DNA of 64,000 nucleotides from Marsupella aquatica (lineage: Eukaryota > Plantae > Marchantiophyta): NCBI GenBank assembly GCA_973895155.1, contig OZ316891.1:30635112-30699111 (forward strand), written 5' to 3'. The notes beneath the pieces were generated by a model. That model searched no databases. It saw only the letters and a program-made list of their open reading frames with translations, and had not been told where the DNA came from. Every line of letters begins with the position of its first letter. The first letter of the stretch is position 1. Shown here piece by piece: positions 25,701 to 38,450 of this stretch. The position numbers and the translations under genes are program-made.

Positions 25701-26492
25701 GGTGGGCAGTTGGTTACTAGGGGTAAATAAACCAAGGGTGGGCCTACTACTAACTGAACAGCGGGTAAATAAAACGGTTATTTTTGAAATAAATTTACGT
25801 AATCTTTTACGGCATGGCGTTCTTAATTTTACCAAAAATTTGCAGCAAACACGAAAGGTGACATAATTTCATTGTGGAAACCAGTCCGTTCCTGTTTGCA
25901 GCGCACCATGATGATGTGGCGTGCTGTGGAGCCAGGAATTTTGGAAGGGACCTCTAGTGGGGTCCGTAACAAATATTTGTTCTATTTTCTCTATGAAGTA
26001 TTTTTCCAAGGACCCTAAATCATAAAAAAAACCAACAATATCATTGACCAATGACAAAATGGCTGCAAGAATAAAATGGCCACAATAATAATTTGATTAC
26101 AACAATGAAATGGCGGCAACAATTAAATAACTGAAACGACAATTGTGCAAACACACGGGCACTGGGCTCGTATATAACTACAAAGGAACAAAAATGCCAA
26201 ACCTTGAGAAATAGTAATAAAACCCAATAAAGGGGGGAAAACAAAGGAAAGAAAAAGGGGAGCAAGAGCCACACCGAAAAAGCCCACATGGCCAGAGAAC
26301 AAAAACCGAATAGCCAAAGAACAAGAGCCAGTTTGACCGGGCACTGTCACTGCCAAACTGAGCAGTTCAGTTCAAAGGCCTCTAGACACTATTTACCCAA
26401 TGTGGTCCTATTATCCCAGAATCTCACTTTAGAAGAACTTGTACTAGGACATCTTGTACGGCTCATTAAGAGGGGGATGACATAAAAACCTT

Positions 26493-26587
26493 TCTTTGAG
26501 GCTGATCAAGTAAACTTTCTCTCTTAGGGGGTCCATCAATTCTTTGAGGCTGATCAAGTAAAATTTCTCGCTTAGGGGGTCCATCAA
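26493..26587. repeat. ~48-bp tandem duplication
   Basis: tctttgaggctgatcaagtaaa.tttctc.cttagggggtccatcaa x2. Confidence 0.85.
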
Positions 26588-27792
26588 GCATATCCTTCCC
26601 TTGGGGACTCCGGGTCTATTTGGATCTTTGGCTCTTTGGTCTTAGTGGGGGGGTTTTCCCTTGTTGCCCCCCTTTGTTGCCCGCCTTTGTTGCCTATCTT
26701 GCTTTTGGGATCCTGTCTCAAGGGAGTGCCTTAATTTCTTTTGGTAGAGTGATATGTATCTCACCAGAAGAGTACAAAATACAGTGTATTAGTGCATTCT
26801 GTGGATGAGTGCAGATTCATCAGGGTATCCCTCAAAATTACAGGCTTTTTCTATGTAAATGCATTTAAGAATCTAGATTAATATGTGCATCTTGGCCATC
26901 ACTAAACAATAAATAAAGAATGTCAATAAGTCACCATTCACAAGAAGAGTACACAAGCACCAATGCACTGTGTGTACCTGCATTTCATTGATAAGTGCAG
27001 GTCTATCCCTCAAGATTATAGTGTGTTTCTTTGCCAAAAAAAATGCAGATGCGATATTTTGGCTGTCACTAAACAACAAATACAAGTGAGTCACCCCTCA
27101 CAAGCTCCAATACACCACACATAAATGCATTCTGTGGATAGGTGCAGGTCAATCCCAATATCCCTCAAAATTACTGAGATTTTCTTTGTAGATCGATGCA
27201 CCAATCTGCAGATTTAAGAAGTGCATCTTGGCAAATAAGAAATCTACAATGGTGCTCCTCAAATAAATGTAGACATTCAGTTATCCTTAAACCACACCTA
27301 CCACTATTAAAGCCCCATTCCATGTCTCACTACTCACCATAAATGGTGGAACACTCAGCACCTTTTGTGGAGCACTTGCCAAATCAAGCATTTACTCTCA
27401 CCACCTTTTGTGGAGCTCAAAGCCCATTCCTGAACCTGTGCACTTTACAATGAGAGCTACGGGTAACCCATAGCCCTTTATAGGGGCAGTTGTGGTTTGA
27501 CTGCAGCGCATAGTACACTAGAAGCACTTGTTGAAAGATCATCTTACATTTGTCCACTTTGAAGGGGCTTTAAAAGGGATTGGGGTACAAGAAATTCATA
27601 GTGTCAAGAGAAGTAAAAGCCCTAGAATGCTGGTTGTGGAGCGAGCCCTCAGTCTATATACTCTTTCTCACTGCATAGGAAGCAAAGCTTACAATTTAGG
27701 ATGGGATGATTATGGCCTCTGTTATGAAAAAGCAAGAAGGGCATTAAAGAGAGGCAACACAATGCCCTCTATTGGGACAATCAGAAATGACA

Positions 27793-30700
27793 TTATTTTT
27801 AAGTGAAAGGCGGCGGTGTGCGGAAATTAATTCAAAAAGCCCCTCGGAAAAAACCGGTGGAGAAAGAGAACAACAAGCCAAGGGGCCAAACCACACACCA
27901 CCAGGACCAAAAGGGCCAGCGCATGAGACACCGGCACGCCATAGCAGGGAGAAACCGCAACCAACCCAAGTTAAGGGGAACCTACTAAGTCATCTTAATC
28001 CGAGAATGGATCAAGATAATCCAACAGTACATTTGCATAGAGAAAATCCATAAACTAATACTTTCGATCAGTTGCGTGATCCTAACTGTCTTCCCTAATG
28101 GGTTGGGATCTGTCCCCAATAGACTGGATGGCCTCGTTTTCCAGACTGTTGTAGTCATACCAGACATCAGAGACAGAGGTATATATGGTTCCTTCTAACG
28201 CTCTAGAGTCTGTTATGGTGCTTGTGGAAAGTGGTGAAAGTACCATTGTCAGTTCCGTGAGCCTCAAAGTAGCTGAAGCACTCTAGACATTGATTACATC
28301 TATATTCTATCATTAGTAAAGGTAACGTTCGGTGTGCGAGTTCAGATCGCAGCTCTGTCAGTCATTGTCGTAAGCTCTTGTAAGGTTCTATGCAGTCAAC
28401 AGGCCTTCATTGCATTTCTGGTGCGTTGAAGGGTGGCATGGACATTCACAACAGCCCCATGCAAAATGAGTTGCAAGGGAAACCGCATGGCATCAATATG
28501 GTAAGTTCGTTGATGTCTCTCTAGCCAGATGCTGCTGATCATCTGATGAATGAGGAGGAGATAGCGAGGGTTGCATTTTTGTGATCGGATGACAGTGTCA
28601 ATTTTGCCAAAGCAAGAACAACCTGTGGCTTTGTTAAGTCCTGTGCCTTCAGCAATACCTTCAAGTTGGCTCCATCGCTATCTTAGCCTAGGGCATTCAA
28701 AGAACATGTGTTCAACAGTTTTGATGTTCTCTTGGCATGCAGCACACATCCCATCACCTACATCCCACTTGAGAGCACAAAAATTGGAGAAAAAACCAGC
28801 ATTGAGGACCTTCCAGAAATCCAGTTTGACACTGGGTGATGACCATCCACTCCATAGAATGGACTCAGCTCTGCCTCCAAATAGCTTGGGTGTCAAGGGA
28901 GAACCACCTCCGATTGAGTTTATCAATAGGCGTGTTGTGTAGCTACAACATCATGGCCCAGGTTTTAGTCTAAAGTTCCCATCCCTTGTGTACATTCTCC
29001 ACGAATCCATCTCTATTTCCATCCCTTAGTGTTGAGTAGCTTTTCATTTGTGGGTCCCCTGGATGTGTGCAGCAGCCTCATCACTTGTGCCGACCGTAGT
29101 GCAGCCGGCTGACCTTTGGTGGATCTGATCTCCCCACTGATCTGCTTAGCTAGTAGTTTTCCATCCGTGATTGAGATTGGCCAGGTCCTTGACAGTCAGA
29201 GAATTCCTGGTTGCAAGATAGCTTCTGTACTGGCACAACTCATGGTCAGTGAAAGGCTCGGGGGTTTCACTTCTACAAAAATGGCACATCACGTGCGACG
29301 AAGGATGGGGTCGTTTTATTGGTTTGAAGGGAAGACTTAAGAATTTTTGTAGAAGAACAATAGGGTCTTTTAAATTCAATTTTGAGACTTATAAGAACAT
29401 TAGGGTCTTTATAGGGGTTGAAAAATATTATTTTTTTCTTACATTTTAGGGGGTTCGAGGCCTAAAAACGTCGCAGGGGATGGGGAGGCATCCATATAGT
29501 GAGACCCTCGAGGTGAAAGGCAACAGTCTATTGAGGAGAAGACAAAGTTGGGCAATGGATAGGTAGGTAGGTAGTTTTCCTATAGTTGGGTCAAAGTAGA
29601 GGTACCTATGTGTGGATTCCCATCCCCTAAGAAAGCTATTCAGTGTTGGTGCCAAAGCAATCTTCAGATCTGGAGAGAGCAATAGAAAGTCGCAAGGTTC
29701 CCAGTGTTTGCGTTCTTTTTTGTGAGGTCCCTTCCTGACATTCATACAAATCAGAGAAGTAGCCATATGAACCTAGGCAATGTCAAACCCAATGAGTAGT
29801 TTAATGATGCTGCGCATCTTACAAACCTGTGACTGTACAGCAAAGGATCTAATGGCCAGTCCCCTTCATCAAAGGGTTTGGTGATACTATCCCAAGCAAC
29901 AAGAGCTTTCTTGTTGGTACCGTTGTCATTCTTTCCCCGTAGGAAGGAACAACATATTTTCTCTAGATCCTTGTACCTAGTCTTAGTGATGTTGAGGATC
30001 ATAAGATGGTATACAGGAATGGCCCAAATGACGTGCTTGAGCAGAACCAGCCTACCAGCTTGGTTGAGAATTTTGTTAGTCCGGGTGCCTCAACCGTTTT
30101 CTGATTTACAGCTTCCTCCACTGCACGCCTCACCGGTGATCGTACCGGTGATACAAGTTCCTCCTCAAATGGTAGCAGCTCCTCCTCAGACTCTCCGTCT
30201 GACCGTCGCAATCTTGAAGCTCCACCGACGCCAATTCTTCCAGTATCCTTCGAGTCACTCCTATGAAACAATCACAAAAAAAGTCTTTTTTTGAAACTTC
30301 TCATCAAACTCAAAACTCAACACCGCCGCGTAGCCCACGAAGCTAGGAGTCCAATACTGAAAGCCAAAATCAAAAACAAAATTTGACGGAAAAGTTATTC
30401 AAATTTCGGTCAGGGTGGGTAAAACCTTGGGAAACTCCCCCGTTTTGACCACCTCGGAGAATAACCAAAATACCAAGTACAACCCGTGGTCGGAATCGCG
30501 ATGTGATCGGTGCGCCGCGTTGCTAACTCCAGTGGCAACGTCCTCGCCAAAAAAGAACCAAAAAGTTACTGTTTGGCGGACGGAATCTTTGTTGGACGGC
30601 CGAAAAATAGCTCTCTGTTTTTTGGGAATATTCCCGCATAGTACAGCAGGTCTCACAGGGGGCCATTCCCCCTGTCGGAGCGGTTAAAACGCCGGGTCAC

Positions 30701-33050
30701 CGGGCCCGGGAGAACCAATAGAAAGAGCCAGGGAAAGAGTTAAAAATTGGGGCCCTAAAAGGGGTTGTTTAACCCCTTACCAAGAAATACCTGTATAGGG
30801 CCGGACTGGGGTCTCGCAGGGGTGTACGAAGGGCGTGGGGGACGAAGCGGCTGCATACACAGCCGCGAGTACACTACTAAGGGCCGGGAGGGTGTTAAGC
30901 CGTCGCCGCGAGGCAGCGGATGGCCGAGAGGGGGTTACGAAGGGAGGGGGGAAAAACGGGCTTCGCAGCCGTGTGCTATGCAAACCGGGAGGATCGGGGT
31001 GGCTGGTTTTGCGCCGGCTGGCGCTGCGTAGCCAGCCGCAACCAGGTGGGACGGGAATCAAAAAACGGGGGTATGCGGGTAAAGACAGGTATAAGGTGTC
31101 CAGGTACACACGAAAAAATTCACCCTATTGTAACCAATAAAAATGCTGATTTAAACACACACAAAAGTCGTGTTACAAACCTAAATCGCCGCTATTTTAA
31201 ACAAGAAAACAATGAGTTACCGACGGGATATGTTGCCGAATCACACCGGCGCCGTCTGCAACTCCAGCACTGTAAAAGCTTCCGCCGCATCACCTACACA
31301 CCGCGTCAAGTACCAATCCCGGGCTCAAAACGACCGCCTTGCCGCGATCAAAAAGTTGAGCCATGGAACTCCGCGTTTCTTCCAATGAGTCGGACGTCAC
31401 GAAGAGAAACCCGGTTCAGATGAGAACAAGCTCCATAGCTTGTGAAAAAACCTGAACGCCTCCGTCACTCGTCACGTCGCACTCGGTAACAACTCGGCAG
31501 CAATCCAACTACCAAAATGACCAGCTCGCTTCAACCTTCAACTTAAGCTATAATGTGCAATCCCTCCCGCACTGCACAGCTCACACCATTGAAAAATGCG
31601 AACTCTGGTCACTCCCCCGAAATACCGTTGAACACGAATAAACCCTGAACGACGCAAACTTCAATTCCTCCGCACCATGGATACCGATCAGCGAGTTCTA
31701 ACCACCGTTAGAAAGCCCTCTCACTAACCTATCCGCTCAGCCACACACATTCAAGTTTCATGCGATGAAACTCTGAATGTGCGACCGACAATGAACGCTG
31801 GAAAAACCTGTCACGAAAAAACCTCGTCACCTCCCAGACATGCTCTGATACCACTTGTTGAGCATAGACGACATTCACAACGGCAAGCCCATGAACCATC
31901 CAACGCACAATAGTCGACACAGAGAGATATGTGGTTCACCTCCACATGAGGCTACGTCCATGGGAACACACAAGAGCTTTACTGCAGTCTAGGCCGACCG
32001 ACCATACCAAGCATCCACAGCACAAGCTCTTCCTATCTCTCAACTAGCTCCGTAACAATGAGCCTAAGTTCCACCAGGGTCTGGCATCAGCCCTAGCTAT
32101 ATGCACAACAGCACTACCCCTAACATTAGCTAAGTCCTAACCCGAGTTAACTTAACTGTAGTTAGCTCATGAGTCACAAGACTAGAGCAATATCTAACAT
32201 TGCAGACACTATTAAATTCTTCTTCAGTGGCTTGGAGGAAAATCCCGGTGTCATTAGCAAAGAGTTGATGGAGAAGTTTCTTATCACTGCCTATGTTCAC
32301 GCCATGAAGTTCTCTAGATTGAGTTTTGTCTGCAAGAATGCACATCAGGGGTTGAGTGGCTAAGGCAAACAGAAGCAACAAGGCAGGGCAGCCGTGTCAA
32401 ACTCCTCTCCCCAAGTTGATGTCCTCGGTGAAGCCTCCGTGAACATGTTCCTTAGAAGCAATGTTGATGACCAGACCCTTGATTGGGGCAATGAATTTTG
32501 AATCAAAGTCCATGTGCCGCATCGTGTCCCACAAGAAGCTATGGTCAATCCGGTCATAGGCTTTTGCAAAATCAATTTTCAGGAAAATAGTAGGTTGTTT
32601 AGAAATGTTGACATACTCTTGACCAACCTTGAAAGCTAAAATGTTGTCCATAATGCTTCGACCAACAATGAATCCCGTCTGCTGAGTGGAGACAAGCTTG
32701 GGTACAACCTGCTTTAGGCTGTTGGCCAGAATCTTTGCAACAATCTTATGTGTGATAGTCAGCATGATGAGTGGCCGCCAATTCTTTAGCATCTGGGTAT
32801 TGCCATCCTTGGGAATTAGCTTAATCACTCCAGTAGATGCTTTTGATGTGAGCCAATCCATCTTTCCAAAAGGCTCTGACCATTGCACAACAGTCCACTT
32901 TCATCCACTCCCAACAGGTCTGAAGGATCTCAACTGTGACTCCGTCCAAACCGGGTGATTTTTCCTTGGGGAATTGTTTTACAATTGCCGTATTCTCTTC
33001 CTCACTAGGTTCTATGATGAGTGCCCAATTTTGTGCAGTGGTCTATAAGA
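27793..33050 (-). mobile_element. Degenerate L1-type LINE (RT and zf-RVT), interrupted at ~30083-32199
   Basis: RT: KNWRPLIML...KILAN.LK.....LVS.QQTGF..GRSI.DNI...FLKIDFAKAYDRI (32397-32888) and LLHQLFANDT (YADD box). Downstream: NKILNQAGRLVLLKHV..AIPVY, KKALVAWDSITKP, and zinc finger CAACQENIKTVEHMFFEC (28678-28926). Short A-rich tail near 27793. Frameshifts and stops throughout. Confidence 0.9.
30083..32199 (-). mobile_element. Truncated LTR retrotransposon (5' LTR, PBS, leader) nested in the LINE
   Basis: On the minus strand, TGTTAGA (32199)...CAACA (31856) defines a 344-bp LTR. After 2 nt comes TGGTATCAGAGC, the canonical initiator tRNA-Met PBS (31853-31842). LINE coding stops exactly at the LTR's TG. 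Confidence 0.85.
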
Positions 33051-33545
33051 GTCTAGATGCATATTGCAACACATGTGTTAGAAGCATTTATTGATAAGTG
33101 CAGCAGACAACTATGCAATTGTAGTTTCATGCACTTATCTAGTTGAAATGTGGACTCTGAGGATTCTGGGTATGAGAAGAAGATGAGTATGACCTGACAA
33201 GATATTTGTGGAAGTGCATAAGCTATCTCATATGTATCATTGAGAAGTGCAACAGGCACATATGGAGAAGTGCGTATGACATGGATAACTAGGGTGTCTC
33301 ATATATAAAAACACAGGCACCTCATGGGAGGTCCACAAGGCAGTCAAGAGCACAACAACAAGGTAAAACTGGGCAATTATTTTTTGGGGTATGGGAAAAT
33401 GAATGGCCTCACCACACACTGACTGCTATTGTGTTTACTATGAAATCGGGGCCTCTTACTGTCCCCATAGTGACTGGTCGGGCCTAGCAATTGGTGCCCA
33501 ACAAGTCATAATTGTTGTCCCAAACCACAACACACCCGGACCCAG

Positions 33546-33758
33546 TCAAAGCAGAAATATGGGCGTAGTCAAAGCAGAAAAATGGGCGTATTTGAGACGC
33601 CCTATTACAGGCCTGGTGTGTCTTCCCGTGAACCTGCACTTAGACACAATAAACCGAAATGTGGATTGGGGCAGCCTCCACTTAGACACGGTAAACCCTC
33701 CACTTAGACACGGTCAACTGACTTAGACACGGTAAACCGAAATGTGGATTGGGGCCAC
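33546..33758. repeat. Short repeat cluster upstream of the ferredoxin gene
   Basis: gtcaaagcagaaa.atgggcgta x2; acttagacac(gg/aa)t(a/c)aac x4, two copies of which extend with cgaaatgtggattggggc. Confidence 0.8.
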
Positions 33759-34173
33759 TTTATCCGCAACGCATTCGTCACCTCATCCAATCGACCCATC
33801 CTTCTTCTATCGCCTCGACGAGAAAACGTCGAGGCATTCATTCCGTGGGCACCATTATTGGCATGTCCGGTTCGGTTCTGCAGTCGTAACAACGAATTCA
33901 GGGCGGAGCAGAGTAGTAGATTGTCGATGAATTGATATCATCCGCACGTAGATTGTTCGCTTGTTGGAAAGGAAGAATGTTTCACGTGCACTTCGTCGTT
34001 TGATTGAGCTGTAGACTTTGCCGAAAAAAATTCCCAAAGGGAAGTATTGGAGTAGATTCAATTCTCTGTCCACCGCTTCCAACCCTAGGAACAGATTTTT
34101 CAATCGATCTTTCGGTGCACCGGTTTGGAAAGAGTGGGGCCACAGGGTTTTGGGGCTTCAGATTGTGGGGGAA

Positions 34174-34740
34174 ATGGCGTTTTCTCAAAGCTTGTTGGGC
34201 TCCGTCCGTGGGATTGAGACTCTGTTCACGAGCGGTGGGACGAGAGCTCGGCTTCGACCCTTTCCTGTCGAACATGTATGCTCTGTTGTGAGGCGTGGGA
34301 GTCAGGAACAGAGATCAGACGAAAATGTCCCGAGGACGAGAAGTGCCCTACCTGTTTCGTGGAGCAGGGGGGTTGGCTCGCAACGACCCTGTTCTTCGCG
34401 AAGGGTGGAATGCAGGGCCACGAACACCTACACAGTGGAGATGATTCATGACGGAGTCAAACACGTTTTGCAAGTTCCCGAAGATGAGACAATCTTATCG
34501 GTTGCGCTGGATGCAAATTTGGATGTCCCTCATGATTGCAAACTCGGGGTGTGCATGACCTGTCCGGCCAAGCTGGAGAAGGGAGTGGTGGATCAGTCGG
34601 GTGGAATGCTTAGTGATGACGTGATGGAGAAAGGCTATGCTCTCATGTGCGTGGCGCTTCCCCAATCGGACTGTACGATACGAGTCATTCCAGAGGAGGA
34701 GCTTCTGAGATTGCAGCTTGCCACAGCCAATGACGCCTGA
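34174..34740 (+). CDS. FdC1: Chloroplast ferredoxin C1-like [2Fe-2S] protein with C-terminal extension, intronless
   Basis: Ser/Arg-rich transit peptide, then DETILSVALDANLDVPHDCKLGVCMTCPAKL...VDQSGGMLSDDVMEKGYALMC and the FdC1-type tail IPEEELLRLQLATAND. First ATG at 34174. Confidence 0.93.
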   Translation: MAFSQSLLGSVRGIETLFTSGGTRARLRPFPVEHVCSVVRRGSQEQRSDENVPRTRSALPVSWSRGVGSQRPCSSRRVECRATNTYTVEMIHDGVKHVLQVPEDETILSVALDANLDVPHDCKLGVCMTCPAKLEKGVVDQSGGMLSDDVMEKGYALMCVALPQSDCTIRVIPEEELLRLQLATANDA

Positions 34741-37469
34741 ATTTCACCTTCACTAACTAATTTACTGCAGGATAGATGCACGTGTAGTTGAGCGGCAGGT
34801 TGCCCGGTATCCGCAATGTCATCCGTGAGTGTGAGTCACAATGAGGCTCTGATTTTCGAGAAATCACCTGCTTTTTTGCAGTCCTGTGGTCCCAACCGGT
34901 ACATGGGATAGACAAGGAAGGGGCAATTTTGCCAGTAGCTTTGAAGAGAGAAAGGGGACAGCTTTGAAGAGAGAAAGGGGACGACCACGGTGGTTCCAGG
35001 GTAGAAGTTATTCAAGATGGTTTGGATGAACCCTGTCAGATGCTTCACCAGGTTTATGTCTTCGTCCTTCGTCGACCTCTTCGGCTGAAAACGTAATATA
35101 AGCAGTCTTCAATCTCAGCCGTGTATAATTATAGTGAATGACTTTTTATGTCAACGGCGTCACTGTTTACCATGTCTGGGATGCGTTCAAAATGTGGGTG
35201 TACAAATCTCATAGCAAGATATTTAATCCTCAGGACAGAAGGAAATTATGACATCACCCACTTACCTCACTGTGTGCATGATCCCCTCAACAACTTTCAA
35301 TGGACCCAAAATTATTTTTCCTGATTTCAGCAAATTGAGATTGTTTTCATTTCAGGGAATGGCTGGTGAGGTCCAAGGACATACACTGTGGATAAGGGCG
35401 TGCAATGCTCAAAAGATAGAGTCTTTGGATGGTCTCGACCTGAAATCAACTCCCATGTCGAGCACCAGACCATTGCTTGCTTGTCGACCGTGTGCAGATC
35501 TCGCCCTACTCAGCCAATCGAGGGTTTCGGAGTAATCCGAAGGTTCTGGATTATTGGTGATTTCGTCAGGGCGGGGCATATGAGATGGATTGGTGTTACC
35601 ATTGCAAAGATAGGACATGAGCAAGCGGATAGTTGTGTTCTTTTAAAGCAGCAGTGCAGGAGAACTCTATTCCAGGACACTAAGTGGAACTAAGTACCAT
35701 TCTCTTTTTCTATCATTGAGCGTGTTGTCTGGTTCATGTTTTTACCAATGATCCGATACGATTGTCTCTAAATTTATTCTGGGAGAGCGAACGTGAAGCA
35801 GTGCAACACTTAATGTGGGCTCTGTTGCAGTGTTCTGACAGTTACATCTTGTACATCCCTTCAGGTGCTCAACTCCTACATCAAACATCATGACAAGAAG
35901 CAATGAGGTGATTCAGATATCAGAGATGCATATCCACGTTTTAACGACATACTCATACGTACTGCAATGTCACAATCTTTGTAAATCTATACCAACCCAC
36001 TCACGACAAGAGCCTCAGACTTTAGACCTCAGTTTTGAATCAGCTTCGACGCTTTACCATCATCCATGCAATGCAATTTGAACTCTAGTCGGTCACGTTC
36101 AACAAACTTTCTTTGTGTACTCTCAGGGTGCTCATCACCATTTTGGCTACGGGTCATGGGAAAGAGAGTGAATAATTGGCCGATGGGAACGAAAACTACA
36201 TTTGACATCCTCTAACAGGAACTTTTAGATATGGGCGGCTCGAGTTTGACAAATTGGACGTTGTGTAAAAGCCAATTTTGTCATCCCCTGACATGAATGT
36301 TTAGGGCATGGGAAGGCTAGGCCGGTGACTCTCCCGTACCAGCCGGTTCTATAAGACATTCCTGTCACTGCAGCCAATAGTTTTGCAGCTCCGCCCTCCC
36401 CTCCACCTTTGTAATTCCTGGCAGGTCACAAGGAACGGTACAGTACCTCGATCAGATCGATGGCGACCATGAAAATGAGCACACTGGAGTTACTGAGTTA
36501 GAGAGGTTAGGTGCAGTGATGATTAATGTCGGGTCTTACGACCATAACTTCTACTGTCTTGTTCCGTGGTGTTGTACTGAGCTGCGTGCCTGCTCTAATG
36601 CTCAATTGCCCAGATCAAATCAACGTTATTGTTTACGGCAGGTAGGACTGAATCTGACTTAGAATGCTGCCCGGCAAAAAATTCTGCGGGTACGGTTCTG
36701 GTGGGTAACGACTTTGGCCAAACTCCTTTTGGTGACAGTCATGGCAAAATATGGCAAACACTACAGTAGATGGTGTTTCAGAGGAAGAGAAGGAGACTCT
36801 ATCTTTTTGTCCTTTGGAAAGTACTTCAGGTGGACAATCTCAAACCTTAGTCCAGACTTTTAAGGGTCTGTGTGTGTACATCGTTTTTTGTTAATGACGT
36901 TGCTGCAGGAATCAAACTTGTTAGAGCAAACGCCGTGAGCTATCTATCAAATGTATCAAATCTTCTAATCTAATCTGAACCACTATAATATACTAAGGAA
37001 TCTCAAAGTGTGACTTCTGTGTATCTAATGATGAACATACGACTTCCGAGTTGTGACTTCTGTGTGTCTAACGATGAATACACTACTTTTGAGTTTCACA
37101 GGAACAAATGTCAGTCGTCTGATATGATACAAGTGTTTCTTCAATCGGATTTGTCGGATACGATAAAAGTGTGTCTCCGACCATCGGATCTGCCAACTGT
37201 TCTGAAGGAAAGATAGCTCCCCAATGCTATGCCTTGCTTCCCCATCCTCACTGAATGATTTATGAAACATGCCAGTACAGGCTCTGCACAACTCTTCTTG
37301 TGGGCACCCCTTTTTCACTTCCCCTTGGCCCTCCACCTTCGAGTTCCGTACACCCACCTGTGCTCCCTCTCCCCTAAGGTAATCACACATCAAATGTGGT
37401 AATTAATGTGTGCACTCATTTATTTAAAGAAAATAACAAGATTTATCATAGTGAGGAATTTATTTGCAT

Positions 37470-38450
37470 GGCAAGGATCGTTTGTATCATTAGTTATTTT
37501 TATCATTTTGGTTGAAGAATGCACTAGCTGAATTTCAGAGAGTCATGGATTGAATTCTTGTAGGTTTGGATTTTGTCAGATATTACATTGATGATATTTT
37601 GGTTTATTCTTCCACTGTGAAAGAACATCAATAGCACTTGTAGATTATGTTGAAGAGATTGAAAGAACATGGGTTAAAACTCCATTCTGACAAGTATAAG
37701 TTCTTCCAAGACCAGATTGAATATTTGGGTCACACTATCTACCAAGGGAGATTGGGTGTGCAACATACTAAAGTAGAGGTCATTACAGGTCATTACACAG
37801 ATTCCTTGTCTTATTGATGTGAATAAAGTTCGTGCATTCTTGGAATTAGTGAGCTACTGCAGGAAGTACGTTAAAGGATTTAGCAAGCTTGCTAAACCTT
37901 TAACCATACTCACTAAGTTGGATTAGGAGTAGATTTGGGATGATAACCAGGAGCGTGCCTTTCAGGAGTTGAAAGAAAGATTGATATCATCCCCTATTTT
38001 GAGAAGATTCATTTCAGGGAGACCATTTAAGCTACACACTAATTGGAGTGGAGTAGGACTTGGAATAGTGGAGTCTCTCAAGTCGTTAATGGATCAAGGT
38101 CAATCTGATAAGTTTGCACAATAGACATTGTTGTTATAGGAGTATGATTTCCAGGTTATACGTAGACCTGGAAAAGTGAACTTAGATGCAGATGGATTGA
38201 GTCGCAATCCATGTACTAGTCAAAAGAATGAGACCAGAACCAGATGACATGATAAATCAGATAAAGAGATGGTGTCACGATGGTATGCATCTGCTCATTT
38301 GTTATGTGTGTTCCATGTTGAAACCCATGTTGGAACCCAACAAAGGAAAGCAGATGCATACCATGGAAAACTCCATGCACTAAACTTGGTGGATGTAAGT
38401 AGTTCAGAATATGCAGGACACCATCAAAGCTTCGCATTCCTCAGGGAAAG
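37470..38450 (+). mobile_element. Ty3/Gypsy pol remnant (RT followed by RNase H)
   Basis: FWLKNALAEFQRVMD, YYIDDILVYS, IEYLGH, VRAFL.LVSY.RKYVKGFSKLAKPL, PFKLHTNWSGVGLG and EYDFQVIRRPGKVNLDADGLSR, with multiple stops. Confidence 0.88.

Noticed and set aside
34018-34173. 52-codon in-frame extension upstream of FdC1
   Set aside because: It starts at TTG, and the ATG at 34174 already gives a normal transit peptide.
37009-37130. C/D snoRNA-like ATGATGA...CTGA
   Set aside because: The C box lies inside a ~43-bp tandem duplication, the terminal stem is poorly placed, and I recognised no rRNA guide.
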